A stretch of DNA of 24,000 nucleotides from Streptomyces sp. SID3343 (GCF_009865215.1 NZ_WWJX01000689.1:6565-30564); one strand, 5' to 3'. Shown: positions 1 to 8,445, counted from the stretch's first letter. A program made the numbers and translations. The notes: a model not told the origin generated them from the sequence alone.

Positions 1-653
1 CGCTCGACCGTGCCGATCAGCCAACCCTGGGCATTGGTCAGGCTCAGGTTGCCCGACGCCCACGGGGCGGTGGTCGGCGCCGACTCGATCGCGACGCCGT
101 CGGCCTCGGGGTTGACCATGAACACCGCGAGCGCGCCGTCGACGGACGCGGTGACCAGGACGCGGTGCGCGACGGTGAGCCAGGCCACCGCGCGCTTGTC
201 GCCGTCGAGGTAGTACGCGTCGCCGTCCGCGCGGGCCGTCACCTTGGGGACCGCGGGCAGGCCCGTGCCGACCTCGGCGAGCGCGCCGGCCACGATCCGC
301 GACCCGTCGAGCAGGGCCGGCAGGTCGTGCTCGATCAGGTTCTCCGGGCAGAACTCCAACAGGGGCAGCAGCCCGTACACGACGGTGTCGAGCAGCGGAA
401 TCTGCGCGGTGTAGCGGCCCTGCTGCTCCAGGAGCAGCGCGAGGCCGACCAGACCCAGGTCGCCGCCGCCGCGCTTGTCGTCGATCAGCGCGCCGATCAG
501 ACCCGCGTCGGCGACCTTGCCCCACAGTTGGGCGTCGAACTCGGTGCCGCTTTGCGCGAGCTTCTTGAGCCGGTCGTCGGTGGACTGGCCCGAGAAGATC
601 TCCTCGGCCAGCGAGGCCAGCGCCTGCTGGTCCTCGGTGAGATTGAAGTCCAT
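1..653 (-). CDS. acyl-CoA dehydrogenase family protein, N-terminal part (gene runs off the left edge)
   Basis: Hand translation of the minus strand from ATG 653..651 gives MDFNLTEDQQALASLAEEIFSGQSTDDRLKKLAQSGTEFDAQLWGKVADAGLIGALIDD..., a typical ACAD N-terminal domain. The frame is open to position 1. The start overlaps the upstream stop as ATGA. It is absent from the ORF track because there is no stop inside the window. Confidence 0.7.
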   Translation of the reverse strand, partial: MDFNLTEDQQALASLAEEIFSGQSTDDRLKKLAQSGTEFDAQLWGKVADAGLIGALIDDKRGGGDLGLVGLALLLEQQGRYTAQIPLLDTVVYGLLPLLEFCPENLIEHDLPALLDGSRIVAGALAEVGTGLPAVPKVTARADGDAYYLDGDKRAVAWLTVAHRVLVTASVDGALAVFMVNPEADGVAIESAPTTAPWASGNLSLTNAQGWLIGTVE

Positions 654-1639
654 CAGTTCTCCCCGACCGCTCGGAACGCGGGAACGGTCAACTCGTCGTC
701 GTGGGTGACGAATTCCAGCTCGACCCGCAGGCCGATCCGTACGTCCTCGTGCGGGATGCCGAGCACGTTGCCGAGCATCCGCACGCCCTCGTCGAGTTCG
801 ATCAGGCCGACCGCGTAGGGCATGTCGAAGGCCGGGAACTTCGGGTAGTGCATCGTCACGTGCGAGTAGACGACGCCCTTGCCGGCCGACTCGACGGCTT
901 CCCATTCGAGCGACGCGCAGTTGTTGCAGCCCGGGGCGAACGGGAAGCGCGGCGTCGCGCACTCCACACACTTTTGGTACAGCAGCTTCCCGGCGTCGAC
1001 GCCGTCCCAGTACGCCTGGTTGTCCCGGTTGACCACCTTGCGCGGGCGCAGCGGGCGTGGGGTGGTCGGCGCGGCCTTCGGCTTCTTCTTGTGCGGCGTG
1101 TAGCGCAGGATCCGGAACCGGTGGGTGCCCACCAGTTCGCGACCGTCGTCGCCGTTCACGAAGATGTTGGTCAACGTGGTGATGAAGTGCCCGGTGCCCA
1201 GGCCGGTGGTCTTCTCGTCCGACACGGTCTCGATCAGCTGGTCGTACTCGACGACCTCGCCGAGCCGCAACGGCCGGACGTACTCCTGCTCGCAGTTGGT
1301 CGCCACGACCGAGCCGAAGCCGTTGTCGGTGAAGTGCTTGTACAACTCGCCGGTCGCCGAGTTGACGACCTGACCGGCGGTCAGGCCGCGCATGATCCAC
1401 ACCTGGAGCATGGTCGCGGGCGCGACCACCTCGCCGAAGTGTGTACGCGCGGCGGCCTCGGGGTCGGTGTACACGGGGTTCGTGTCGCCCATGGCCTCGG
1501 CCCAGTGCCGAATCATCGGCCCGTTGACCGGGTCGAGGGCGACGGTGCCCGACTGGTCGTGCACACCCTCGTACTTCTTGACGACCGCGAGAAAAGCGGC
1601 CTTGTCGGTGCTGGTGGTGTCAGTCATCTCGTCCTTCAC
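653..1639 (-). CDS. bifunctional MaoC-family dehydratase N-terminal / DUF35 OB-fold (Zn-ribbon) protein, ChsH2-like
   Basis: 328-aa ORF. The N-terminal half looks hot-dog/MaoC-like (IRHWAEAMGDTNPVYTDPEAA). The C-terminal half has a CxxC...CxxC rubredoxin-like ribbon (CVECATPRFPFAPGCNNC) followed by an OB-fold DUF35 pattern (VVYSHVTMH...AVGLIELDEGVRMLG). GTG start 1639 overlaps the upstream stop as GTGA; an alternative ATG lies at 1627. Confidence 0.85.
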   Translation of the reverse strand: MKDEMTDTTSTDKAAFLAVVKKYEGVHDQSGTVALDPVNGPMIRHWAEAMGDTNPVYTDPEAAARTHFGEVVAPATMLQVWIMRGLTAGQVVNSATGELYKHFTDNGFGSVVATNCEQEYVRPLRLGEVVEYDQLIETVSDEKTTGLGTGHFITTLTNIFVNGDDGRELVGTHRFRILRYTPHKKKPKAAPTTPRPLRPRKVVNRDNQAYWDGVDAGKLLYQKCVECATPRFPFAPGCNNCASLEWEAVESAGKGVVYSHVTMHYPKFPAFDMPYAVGLIELDEGVRMLGNVLGIPHEDVRIGLRVELEFVTHDDELTVPAFRAVGEN

Positions 1640-2817
1640 CGCTTCACTCGCGTCATGCCAAGGCGAACCATGGCGACGATCTCTCGCTGGACTTCGCTGA
1701 CGCCGCCGCCGAACGTGTTGATCTGGGCGCGGCGGTTCATCGCTTCGAGCAGGCCGTCGCTGAACGCGCCGGGCGACTTCGGTCGCAGCGTCGCGTCCGG
1801 GCCGACGATCTCCATCAGGTTGCGGTACACCTCGATGGCACCCTCGGTGCCGAAGAACTTCACTCCCGAGGCGTCACCCGCGTTGAGCGTGTTGTTGCCG
1901 ACGTCGTGCACGAGTCGCCAGCTGAACATCCGCACGGCGGACAGCCGCGCGTAGGTCTCGGCGAACTTGAGCTGCACCCACGGCTGGTCGACGACCTTGA
2001 CGCCCGGCTCGATCTCGGTCTCGCGCGCCCACGCCAGGACCTCGTCGAAGAAGTCCTCGGCCTGCATGCCCAGCGCCGCGAGCGCGACGCGCTCGTGGTT
2101 GAGCTGGTTGGTGAGCAGCTTCCAGCCCGAGTTCTCCTCGTACACGAGGTTGTCGTAGGGCACCCGGATGTTGTCGTAGTAGGTCGCCGTCGTGGTCATC
2201 CCGCCGACGGTGACGATCGGGGTCCACGAGAAGCCCGGATCCGTGGTCGGGATCAGGATCATCGTGATGCCCTTGTGCTTGGGGGCGTCCACGTCGGTAC
2301 GGCACGCGAGCCAGATCCAGTCGGCGCCCTGCGCGGTCGACGTGAAGATCTTCTGGCCGTTGATCACCCACTCGTCGCCCTCGCGCACCGCACGGGTGCG
2401 CAGCGACGCGAGGTCGGTGCCGGCGGAGGGCTCGCTGTAGCCGATCGCGAAGATGATCTCGCCCGCCAGGATCTTGGGCAGGTAGTACGCCTTCTGCTTC
2501 TCGGTACCGAACTTCATCAGCGTGGGGCCGACGGTGTTGAGCGTGACCATCGAGACCGGCGCGCCGGCCCGATACGCCTCGTCGAAGAAGATGAACTGCA
2601 TCTCCGGGCCCTTGCCCTGGCCGCCGTATTCGGCGGGCCAGCCGATGCCGAGCCAGCCGTCCGAGCCCAGTTGTCGGCGGATCCGCTGAGTGGTGGGCCC
2701 ACCTCCCTCGCCCTCACGGTCGAGTTCCGCTCGGACGTCGGGGGTGATCAGGCGGGTGAAATAGTCCCGCAGCTCTGCCCGTAGAGCGTCCTGCGCGGGG
2801 GTCGGGGCGAGATGCAC
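1636..2817 (-). CDS. acyl-CoA dehydrogenase
   Basis: 393-aa ORF with ACAD hallmarks (GWLGIGWPAEYGGQG, AIGYSEPSAGTDLASL, C-terminal FGGGVSEVQREIVA). GTG start is preceded by GAAGGAG 7 nt upstream. Confidence 0.9.
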   Translation of the reverse strand: MHLAPTPAQDALRAELRDYFTRLITPDVRAELDREGEGGGPTTQRIRRQLGSDGWLGIGWPAEYGGQGKGPEMQFIFFDEAYRAGAPVSMVTLNTVGPTLMKFGTEKQKAYYLPKILAGEIIFAIGYSEPSAGTDLASLRTRAVREGDEWVINGQKIFTSTAQGADWIWLACRTDVDAPKHKGITMILIPTTDPGFSWTPIVTVGGMTTTATYYDNIRVPYDNLVYEENSGWKLLTNQLNHERVALAALGMQAEDFFDEVLAWARETEIEPGVKVVDQPWVQLKFAETYARLSAVRMFSWRLVHDVGNNTLNAGDASGVKFFGTEGAIEVYRNLMEIVGPDATLRPKSPGAFSDGLLEAMNRRAQINTFGGGVSEVQREIVAMVRLGMTRVKR

Positions 2818-2956
2818 GTCGCTGCTCCTTCACGTGCTGTGGTCGCGTGGGTCGCGACGCGGGTCGACGCCCGCCGGGCACGGAAGGGTCGCGGTCGGGT
2901 CTGCCCCGCGCTGCACATCGATATGGACCGGGAACGCGTGTCGCCCGGCAACATCG

Positions 2957-2985
2957 AATCTCTCCGACTCGGGATCGCTTGTCAA
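2957..2985 (-). promoter_or_regulatory. candidate sigma-70 (HrdB-type) promoter of the fadE/MaoC-DUF35/fadE operon
   Basis: Minus strand reads TTGACA (2985..2980), a 17-nt spacer, then GAGATT (2962..2957), in the only AT-rich patch of the 2818-3043 intergenic region, about 130 nt upstream of the GTG start. It overlaps the partial palindrome CTTGtcaatatCAAG. Confidence 0.35.
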
Positions 2986-3043
2986 TATCAAGCATTTTTT
3001 GGGGAGCTGGATCACGCCCCGAACCAGGGTGTTTCCGGCCGCC

Positions 3044-3649
3044 TCAAGGCGTGGCGGTCGCCCCGATCACCGGGACCAGTGCGGCGGGCAGCGGGTACGC
3101 GCGCTCCGCGGGCAGCAGCGCGCCGGCGGCGTCGGGATCACCGGCCCGGACGAGGTCGTGGGTCCGGTGCGCGAGCGCGGTCACGTCGGTGATCTTTCGG
3201 GTCCACTCGTCGGCGTAGGCACGGGTGGCCCACCCGGCCAGGCCGAGTTGCAGTGAGCGATGCGCGAGCGGGCGCAGGTGCAGATCGCGCTCGGGGTCCC
3301 ACTGGATCCGTACGGTGGTCGCGTGCAGGCGTGAACCCCACGCGTCCCGATCGGGGTAGGTCGCGTGGTCCCAGTGGCTCAGGCACGCGCCCGCGAGCGC
3401 CGCCTCGAAGCCGTCGCGGCTGATCTCCAGGGCCAGTACGCGTTCTTGGCGCGGCTTCGTGGCCCATCCGCTGCGATACATCATCCAGGTGAAGCTGGGC
3501 TTGACCCAGGTCATCCGCTCCCGGCTCCAGGTGGCCGGAAATCGCTGGTTGCGCACCGCCGAGTCGGCGATCTGCGGCTTGTACGCCTGGTACACGGTGA
3601 CGGTCTCGTCCGTGTAGACGGCGCGAATCTGTCGGTTCGGGATGTCCAT
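3044..3649 (-). CDS. DUF4291 domain-containing protein
   Basis: 201-aa ORF with an ATG start. The MTWVKPSFTWMMYRSGWATKPRQE ... VRIQWDPERDL ... RSLQLGL blocks match my memory of the DUF4291 family. Confidence 0.7.
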   Translation of the reverse strand: MDIPNRQIRAVYTDETVTVYQAYKPQIADSAVRNQRFPATWSRERMTWVKPSFTWMMYRSGWATKPRQERVLALEISRDGFEAALAGACLSHWDHATYPDRDAWGSRLHATTVRIQWDPERDLHLRPLAHRSLQLGLAGWATRAYADEWTRKITDVTALAHRTHDLVRAGDPDAAGALLPAERAYPLPAALVPVIGATATP

Positions 3650-3702
3650 GGCGAGCAGTGTGTCCGCCCCGATCCGAGGCGGACCACTCGTTTTCGTGTG
3701 GC

Positions 3703-3788
3703 TGGGGGTGGGCGCCGACTCGGGCGTGGGGGGCGGTGGCGTGGGTGGGACGAGGCGTGGGCGGGGAGTGGCGTGGGTGGGGTGTGGC
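3703..3788 (+). repeat. G-tract-rich intergenic element (C-rich on the transcribed minus strand)
   Basis: About ten G3-G6 runs in 86 nt. GTGGCGTGGGTGGG occurs twice (3738-3751, 3769-3782). It lies between the SDR stop (3809) and the DUF4291 start (3649). Confidence 0.6.
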
Positions 3789-3808
3789 GCGCGTCCGGCG
3801 GTGCCGGG

Positions 3809-4591
3809 TCAGTGCACGGTCAGGCCGCCGTCGATGCTGACGATCTGCCCTGTCATGAAGCTGCCCGCGTCGGACGCGAGGAGCAGGGCGAGGCCGGTCA
3901 TCTCGTGCGGCTCGGCGATGCGCTTGAGCGGCGCGGCGCCGCGCATCCGTTCCATCGTCTCGGGGCCGGTCTTGCGGACCATGTCGGTGGCGACGGCGCC
4001 CGGGGCCATCGCGTTGACCCGGATCCCGTGCTCGGCGAGTTCGCCGGCCATCGTGCGGGTGAAGGCCACGAGCGCGGACTTGCCGGCGGCGTACAGGCCC
4101 TTGCCCTCGGCGCGGGTGAACACGGCCGCGCTCACCACGTTGAGCACCGACGCGTGCTCGGACGCGATCAGGTGCGGCAGCGCGTACTGCACGAGGAAGA
4201 CCGGTCCGCGCAGGTTGACCGCGAACGACTTGTCCCATGCCTCGGGGGTGATCCGGCCGACCGGCTGGGCGAGTTCGTTCGCGGCGTTGTTGACGACGAT
4301 GTCCACGCCGCCGAAGTGCGCGACGGTCGCGTCGACGAGCGCCGCGAGTTGGCCCAGCTCGCCGCAGTGGGTGGCCACCGCGAGCGCCCGCCCGCCCGCG
4401 TCGGTGATCTCCTTGGCGACCGCCTCGCACGCGTCGGCCTTGCGGCTGGCGATCACGACGGCGGCGCCCGCCCGGGCGTAGGCGTGCGCGATCGCCCGGC
4501 CGATCCCGCGGCTGCCGCCGGTCACGATCGCGACACGTCCCGTCAGGTCGAACATCGCGTTGGCGTCCGGCATTTCGGCTGCTCCGGTCAT
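3809..4591 (-). CDS. SDR family oxidoreductase (FabG-like)
   Basis: 260 aa with Rossmann motif TGGSRGIGRAIA, NNAA, and catalytic YAAGKSAL (YxxxK). ATG start with GAGGTG RBS. Confidence 0.9.
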   Translation of the reverse strand: MTGAAEMPDANAMFDLTGRVAIVTGGSRGIGRAIAHAYARAGAAVVIASRKADACEAVAKEITDAGGRALAVATHCGELGQLAALVDATVAHFGGVDIVVNNAANELAQPVGRITPEAWDKSFAVNLRGPVFLVQYALPHLIASEHASVLNVVSAAVFTRAEGKGLYAAGKSALVAFTRTMAGELAEHGIRVNAMAPGAVATDMVRKTGPETMERMRGAAPLKRIAEPHEMTGLALLLASDAGSFMTGQIVSIDGGLTVH

Positions 4592-4765
4592 GGGTCACCT
4601 CGTGGTTCGTGGGGGTGCTTCGGACGTGCCGCGTGACCGGCTCGTGGCGTGTCGCGCCGACCACGCGGAGTGCGCCGCACGTGACACGTGTGCATGTTTG
4701 TATTGCACAGTCAACTACTTCGGTGCAAGGTGTCCGCGACGGGACAGCCGGCGGAAGGCAAGCGC

Positions 4766-5311
4766 ATGACCGAACTCATCGACGCGCGACGCACGTGGGA
4801 ACTCGCCGAGAAGCGCTTGGCCGCGCAGACGGATCCGCGCCGGCACGCGGTACTCACCACCCTGGTCGCGCACATGCGCGCCGAGCACGAGGGCGACCTC
4901 GACGCCCTGATGGCCACCGTCTCGCCGCGCGCCGTCTACCACCAGTGGGGCTCCTCGTCGGTGGACCGGGCGCCCAAGAGCCACGCCGAGGTTCGCGAGT
5001 TCTATCGCGCCGTCGTGGAGAACGACTGCGGCCGACTCGCCCACCACATCGACCGGCTGACCGTGGATCAGGACACCGTGGTGACCGAGGGCATCCTGCG
5101 GATCGCGTACCCGGGCACCGCGCTCGCGCGGATGGGCAGGCAGGTCGAGGACGTCGACGCGTTCTATCTGTACGAGACGCAGATGGCCATCGTGTGGGCC
5201 TTCGACGAGAACGCGCTCGTGCTGTGCGAGGACAGCTACTCCACCGGCGACGGCTTCGCCGCGATGCGCCGGCTCGACGCGGACGAAGTCCCGGCGCGCA
5301 AGGGCGTTTGA
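4766..5311 (+). CDS. NTF2/SnoaL-like family protein
   Basis: The ORF track gives 4688..5311. The internal ATG at 4766 (MTELIDARRTWELAEKRL...) is preceded by GGAAGG at 4753-4758 and is the likelier start. Size and pattern fit small NTF2-like proteins, but the functional call is weak. Confidence 0.55.
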   Translation: MTELIDARRTWELAEKRLAAQTDPRRHAVLTTLVAHMRAEHEGDLDALMATVSPRAVYHQWGSSSVDRAPKSHAEVREFYRAVVENDCGRLAHHIDRLTVDQDTVVTEGILRIAYPGTALARMGRQVEDVDAFYLYETQMAIVWAFDENALVLCEDSYSTGDGFAAMRRLDADEVPARKGV

Positions 5312-5416
5312 CGGCGTGTCACGGGGTGCGCGGAGGTGGTCCGGCGCACCATGGAGCGCGCGAGGGCCGGCCCGTCCGCCGGCTTGTCCACAGGACGCCG
5401 CTCCATCCACCCAAAG

Positions 5417-5447
5417 TATCCACAGCCTGTGGACAACTTATGGACAA
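5417..5447. promoter_or_regulatory. cluster of three DnaA-box-like 9-mers
   Basis: gTATCCACA (5417-5424, plus strand). TGTGGACAA (5428-5436) is a perfect TTGTCCACA on the minus strand. TATGGACAA (5439-5447) is TTGTCCATA on the minus strand. Boxes 1 and 2 form the palindrome TCCACAG-C-CTGTGGA. TGGACAACT is repeated with 11-bp phasing. Confidence 0.35.
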
Positions 5448-5515
5448 CTGTGAACGAGTGCGAGAGCGGCGTGCTTTCGGCCGGCACAGACCATGACGTA
5501 TCGGTCGAGAAGCAC

Positions 5516-5592
5516 CGGCTGTCGGTCGTCGGCTGTCGGTGGTCGGCTATCAGTCGTCGGCTGTCGGCCCCCCGGTCGCCGGTCGCCGGTCG
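5516..5592. repeat. tandem repeat: 14-mer CGGCTGTCGGTNGT x4 followed by 7-mer CCGGTCG x3
   Basis: Read directly: units at 5516, 5530, 5544 and 5558, then 5572, 5579 and 5586. Located in a convergent intergenic region. Confidence 0.8.
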
Positions 5593-5656
5593 TTGAGGCC
5601 GGCGGCGTCGGGGCCTTGCTCGCCGGTGCCGTAGGCCGATCCCAGCCGGTCGGCCG

Positions 5657-6547
5657 TCAGGTGCCGGCCGCGACCTTGACCGTCAGCGCGAGGATCGCGT
5701 CGAGGGACGGCGCGAAGGCGAACGCGCGCACCTCGGCGATCAGCGCCCTGGCGTCCTGCCGGCTACCGCCGAGTTTCTCGCACGCCTCCAGATCGAGCTG
5801 ATGATCCGTCGATCGCGCGGCCCACGTCCCCTCGCTCGCCCACACCACCCCGAGCCCGCCCACCAGCCGATCGGGCGCCAACTCCCAGGCCCGGCACAGC
5901 TCGTCGATGCCGGCGTCGGGTCCCGTGGCGCCGGACGCGGCGAGCCGGGCCGCGACGATGCCGTTCGCGGCGGCGAGACCGGCGGACAGACCCGGGGTGC
6001 CGCCGACGCTCGACCGCCCGCCGGTGAACTCGCCCGCGATACCCACCGCGTCGCGGATCCGGGCCGGGTCCAGCGCCATCAGCCGAGCCGCGGCCAGCGC
6101 GGCGCCGAAGACCCCCGTCGCGTACGGACTCGACCGCGCGCCCAACCGGCACGCCAACTCGTGGCCCGCGACCACCGCGAGCAACACCTCGTCGCCACGC
6201 GCCTTGACCTCCTGCCCGACTGCGAACGCGGCCGGCAGCACCACCGCCAAGGTGCTTGTGACCAGGTCGGCTTCGGGCGCGAGCGCGTCCATCAACATGC
6301 CGTTGGCCATGGCTGCGGCGGGCGCCGAGATCCGCCCCGCGGCGTGCCCGATCAGCTCGGCCTCGGGCGGCCCGCCGATCCCCACGGCGACGTGCACGGC
6401 CGGATCCACCGTGCCGATCCTGGCCGCTCCGACCCCGGCTGCGATCGCCTCCAGGATCCGTCGGCACGCCGCCCGACGTACCGACTGCGGAACGCTCCGC
6501 ATGGTCAACTCCGCAGCCCACTCGGCGAATTCCCCCGATACCGCCAT
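5657..6547 (-). CDS. MmgE/PrpD family protein (short form)
   Basis: 296-aa ORF. The N-terminus EFAEWAAELTMRSVPQSVRRAACRRILEAIAAGVGAA resembles the PrpD-family N-terminal signature. It is shorter than canonical PrpD (about 450-480 aa). Confidence 0.5.
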   Translation of the reverse strand: MAVSGEFAEWAAELTMRSVPQSVRRAACRRILEAIAAGVGAARIGTVDPAVHVAVGIGGPPEAELIGHAAGRISAPAAAMANGMLMDALAPEADLVTSTLAVVLPAAFAVGQEVKARGDEVLLAVVAGHELACRLGARSSPYATGVFGAALAAARLMALDPARIRDAVGIAGEFTGGRSSVGGTPGLSAGLAAANGIVAARLAASGATGPDAGIDELCRAWELAPDRLVGGLGVVWASEGTWAARSTDHQLDLEACEKLGGSRQDARALIAEVRAFAFAPSLDAILALTVKVAAGT

Positions 6548-6751
6548 GGAACCCCTCCCGGTGCCTCGACTTCACGACGACGTGGTGCGAAAGACGACTG
6601 GCCGGTACACACGCAATGTCCCATTGTGGCCATGCGCGTGACGCCGCGTCAGCCCCCCGTCACATCGGGAACACGGCCCCCGCCGACCACTTTTGGAGCG
6701 GACACTCCGGGGTGGACCGTTGCGAGCCGAAGATCTTCGGCCCCGACCTGC

Positions 6752-8140
6752 TCATCGCACGACGCCCGCCGTGCGGGCGGCGGTCAGCCACTGCGGGAAC
6801 TCGGACAGGATCCGCTCGTACAACTCGACGTCGGAGATCCGGTCGATGTCGTCGACCTGGAAGAACCCGGCGTTGTCCACGAGTCGTCCCGGCATGGTGT
6901 CGATGCGCTCCAGGATGCCGTAGTCGGACCGCCCGAGGCCGACGAACTGCCAGAAAATCGGCAACCCGGCCGCCTCGGTCAGCAGGCGCTGAATCTGCTT
7001 GCTCCGGTTGACCCCGCCGTCGGAGTAGAACAACACCAGCACCGGCGCGCCCGGTTCGCCGCGGTAGCGCCGAAGGATGTCCTCGATCACGGCGGGCTCG
7101 TTGTTGCCGCCGTACACCCCCGACAACAGGTCGGGCACCCGCTGCGACCCGTCGGGCAGCGGCGGCGCCTGCGGGCGCTTGTTGCGCCCGTCGATGTACA
7201 CGTTGTTCGCGATCCACTGCGGCAGTTCCGGGATGCGCACGGTGTCGAGGGCCGCGTATTCGTCCGCGAAGATCCACGCGTCCAACTCGCCGTCGTCGTC
7301 CAGCTTGGCCGCGATCGGCGCCATCCGCTCGACCAGGCGCCCGACCGCGCCGCCGGCGTACAGCTGCCGCATCGACCCCGAGCGGTCGAGCACGAGCGCG
7401 ACCCGCGCCCGTACACCGGTCAGGCCCTTCTTCTCCAGGGTGATCCGCACGGCCTCCTTGCGCAGCGACACCCGCGCGCCGACCTCGGGCGGCAGACCGG
7501 CGAGTTGCGGATCGTCCGCGGGCGCGGGCAGCCGCATCGTCGGCTCGTCGCTGTACGGGGGCGGCTCCCACCCGGGCGTTGCACCGACCGGCACCACCGG
7601 CAGCGTGCCCGCGGGCGGCGTATCGGCCGCGTCGTCGGCGACGTCCACGCCGTAGTCGCCCGCGAGGCCGGCCAAGCCGGTGTCGTAGCCCTGCCCGATC
7701 GCCCGCAACTTCCAGCCGCCTTGGCGCCGGTACAACTCCCCGAGCACCATGACCGTTTCGCTGCCGCCGGCCGGCACGGCAAACGTCGCCGCCGTCACGC
7801 CGGCGCCGTCGAGCAGCGCGAGCGAGAGCCCGGGCACCGCCGCGAACGTGCCCTCGTGCACCGACGCGGCGACCACCACCCGCTCGACGTCGCCGGGCAG
7901 TGCGTCCGGATCGACCGTGACGGCCTCGCCCCCGGCGGTCGGCCCGATGTGGCGAACCGCGCCGTCGGCGGCGGCGGGCTGGTTGTAGAAGACGAAATCC
8001 TCGTCGAAGCGCACCTTGCCGTCGGATCCGAGCAGCAGCGCCGACGCGTCCGCGGTGGGTGCGTTCGCGGAGCGGCGGATCACCAAGGTCAGTGGGCCGG
8101 CGGGAACCGGGACGTTGGCCCCGGCGATCAGAGTCGTCAT
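6752..8140 (-). CDS. TerD-domain / vWA-domain (TerF-like) fusion protein
   Basis: The N-terminus is TerD-like (TLIAGANVPVP...ASALLLGSDGKVRFDEDFVFYNQP...GELYRRQGGWKLRAIGQGY). An acidic/Pro linker follows. The C-terminus is vWA-like (VALVLDRSGSM ... VLFYSDGG ... FWQFVGLG). ATG 8140 (MTTLIAG) is preferred over the track start at 8200. Confidence 0.8.
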   Translation of the reverse strand: MTTLIAGANVPVPAGPLTLVIRRSANAPTADASALLLGSDGKVRFDEDFVFYNQPAAADGAVRHIGPTAGGEAVTVDPDALPGDVERVVVAASVHEGTFAAVPGLSLALLDGAGVTAATFAVPAGGSETVMVLGELYRRQGGWKLRAIGQGYDTGLAGLAGDYGVDVADDAADTPPAGTLPVVPVGATPGWEPPPYSDEPTMRLPAPADDPQLAGLPPEVGARVSLRKEAVRITLEKKGLTGVRARVALVLDRSGSMRQLYAGGAVGRLVERMAPIAAKLDDDGELDAWIFADEYAALDTVRIPELPQWIANNVYIDGRNKRPQAPPLPDGSQRVPDLLSGVYGGNNEPAVIEDILRRYRGEPGAPVLVLFYSDGGVNRSKQIQRLLTEAAGLPIFWQFVGLGRSDYGILERIDTMPGRLVDNAGFFQVDDIDRISDVELYERILSEFPQWLTAARTAGVVR

Positions 8141-8277
8141 GGTCGTCAGTGTGGCCCGAACGGACGCCCTGCCGCAGAGATCCGGCCGGCCGAAAAGCAA
8201 CGGACGTGATCGGCATCACGAGTGATGGACCGTCACTTCAGGAGTGATCGCCCCCATCCGGTGGGAACCAAGCGGTT

Positions 8278-8445
8278 ATGGGCAACAACGGTCATCATGC
8301 GGACGGCAACCGTGTGGACCCCGGCGAGTGGAGCGAAACCGAGCACGAGCGTGCCCGGTTGCTGGTCGAGCGGGCGATTTCGATCGCCCGCCGCCTGGAG
8401 GTGCTGTGCGCGGCCGAGGTCGCGGCGGCACCCAAGCGGCCCTAG
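8278..8445 (+). CDS. possible small ORF (55 aa), hypothetical
   Basis: Hand translation gives MGNNGHHADGNRVDPGEWSETEHERARLLVERAISIARRLEVLCAAEVAAAPKRP* with mostly G/C third positions. It is below the 60-aa track cutoff, and no RBS was seen. Confidence 0.25.
   Translation: MGNNGHHADGNRVDPGEWSETEHERARLLVERAISIARRLEVLCAAEVAAAPKRP

Noticed and set aside
701-1954. 417-aa plus-strand ORF (with 165..818 and 1906..2784) overlapping the fadE/MaoC genes
   Set aside because: Arg/Gly/Val/His-rich composition typical of antisense shadow ORFs in high-GC DNA. The opposite strand carries motif-bearing genes.
3138-4664. 508-aa minus-strand ORF and 423-aa plus-strand ORF (3365..4636) spanning the DUF4291/SDR region
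   Set aside because: Extreme Arg/Pro/Gly content and no motifs. They overlap well-supported SDR and DUF4291 frames.
5417-5447. Chromosomal replication origin (oriC)
   Set aside because: There are only three boxes, no AT-rich unwinding element and no dnaA/dnaN context. Actinomycete oriC regions carry many more boxes.
5516-5592. CRISPR array
   Set aside because: The units are contiguous 14-mers and 7-mers with no spacers, and there are no cas genes.
5801-8219. 802-aa plus-strand ORF (5801..8209) and 519-aa minus-strand ORF (6660..8219)
   Set aside because: Low-complexity Arg/Gly/Pro translation spanning two real genes and an intergenic gap. The TerD-vWA and PrpD-like frames explain the region.
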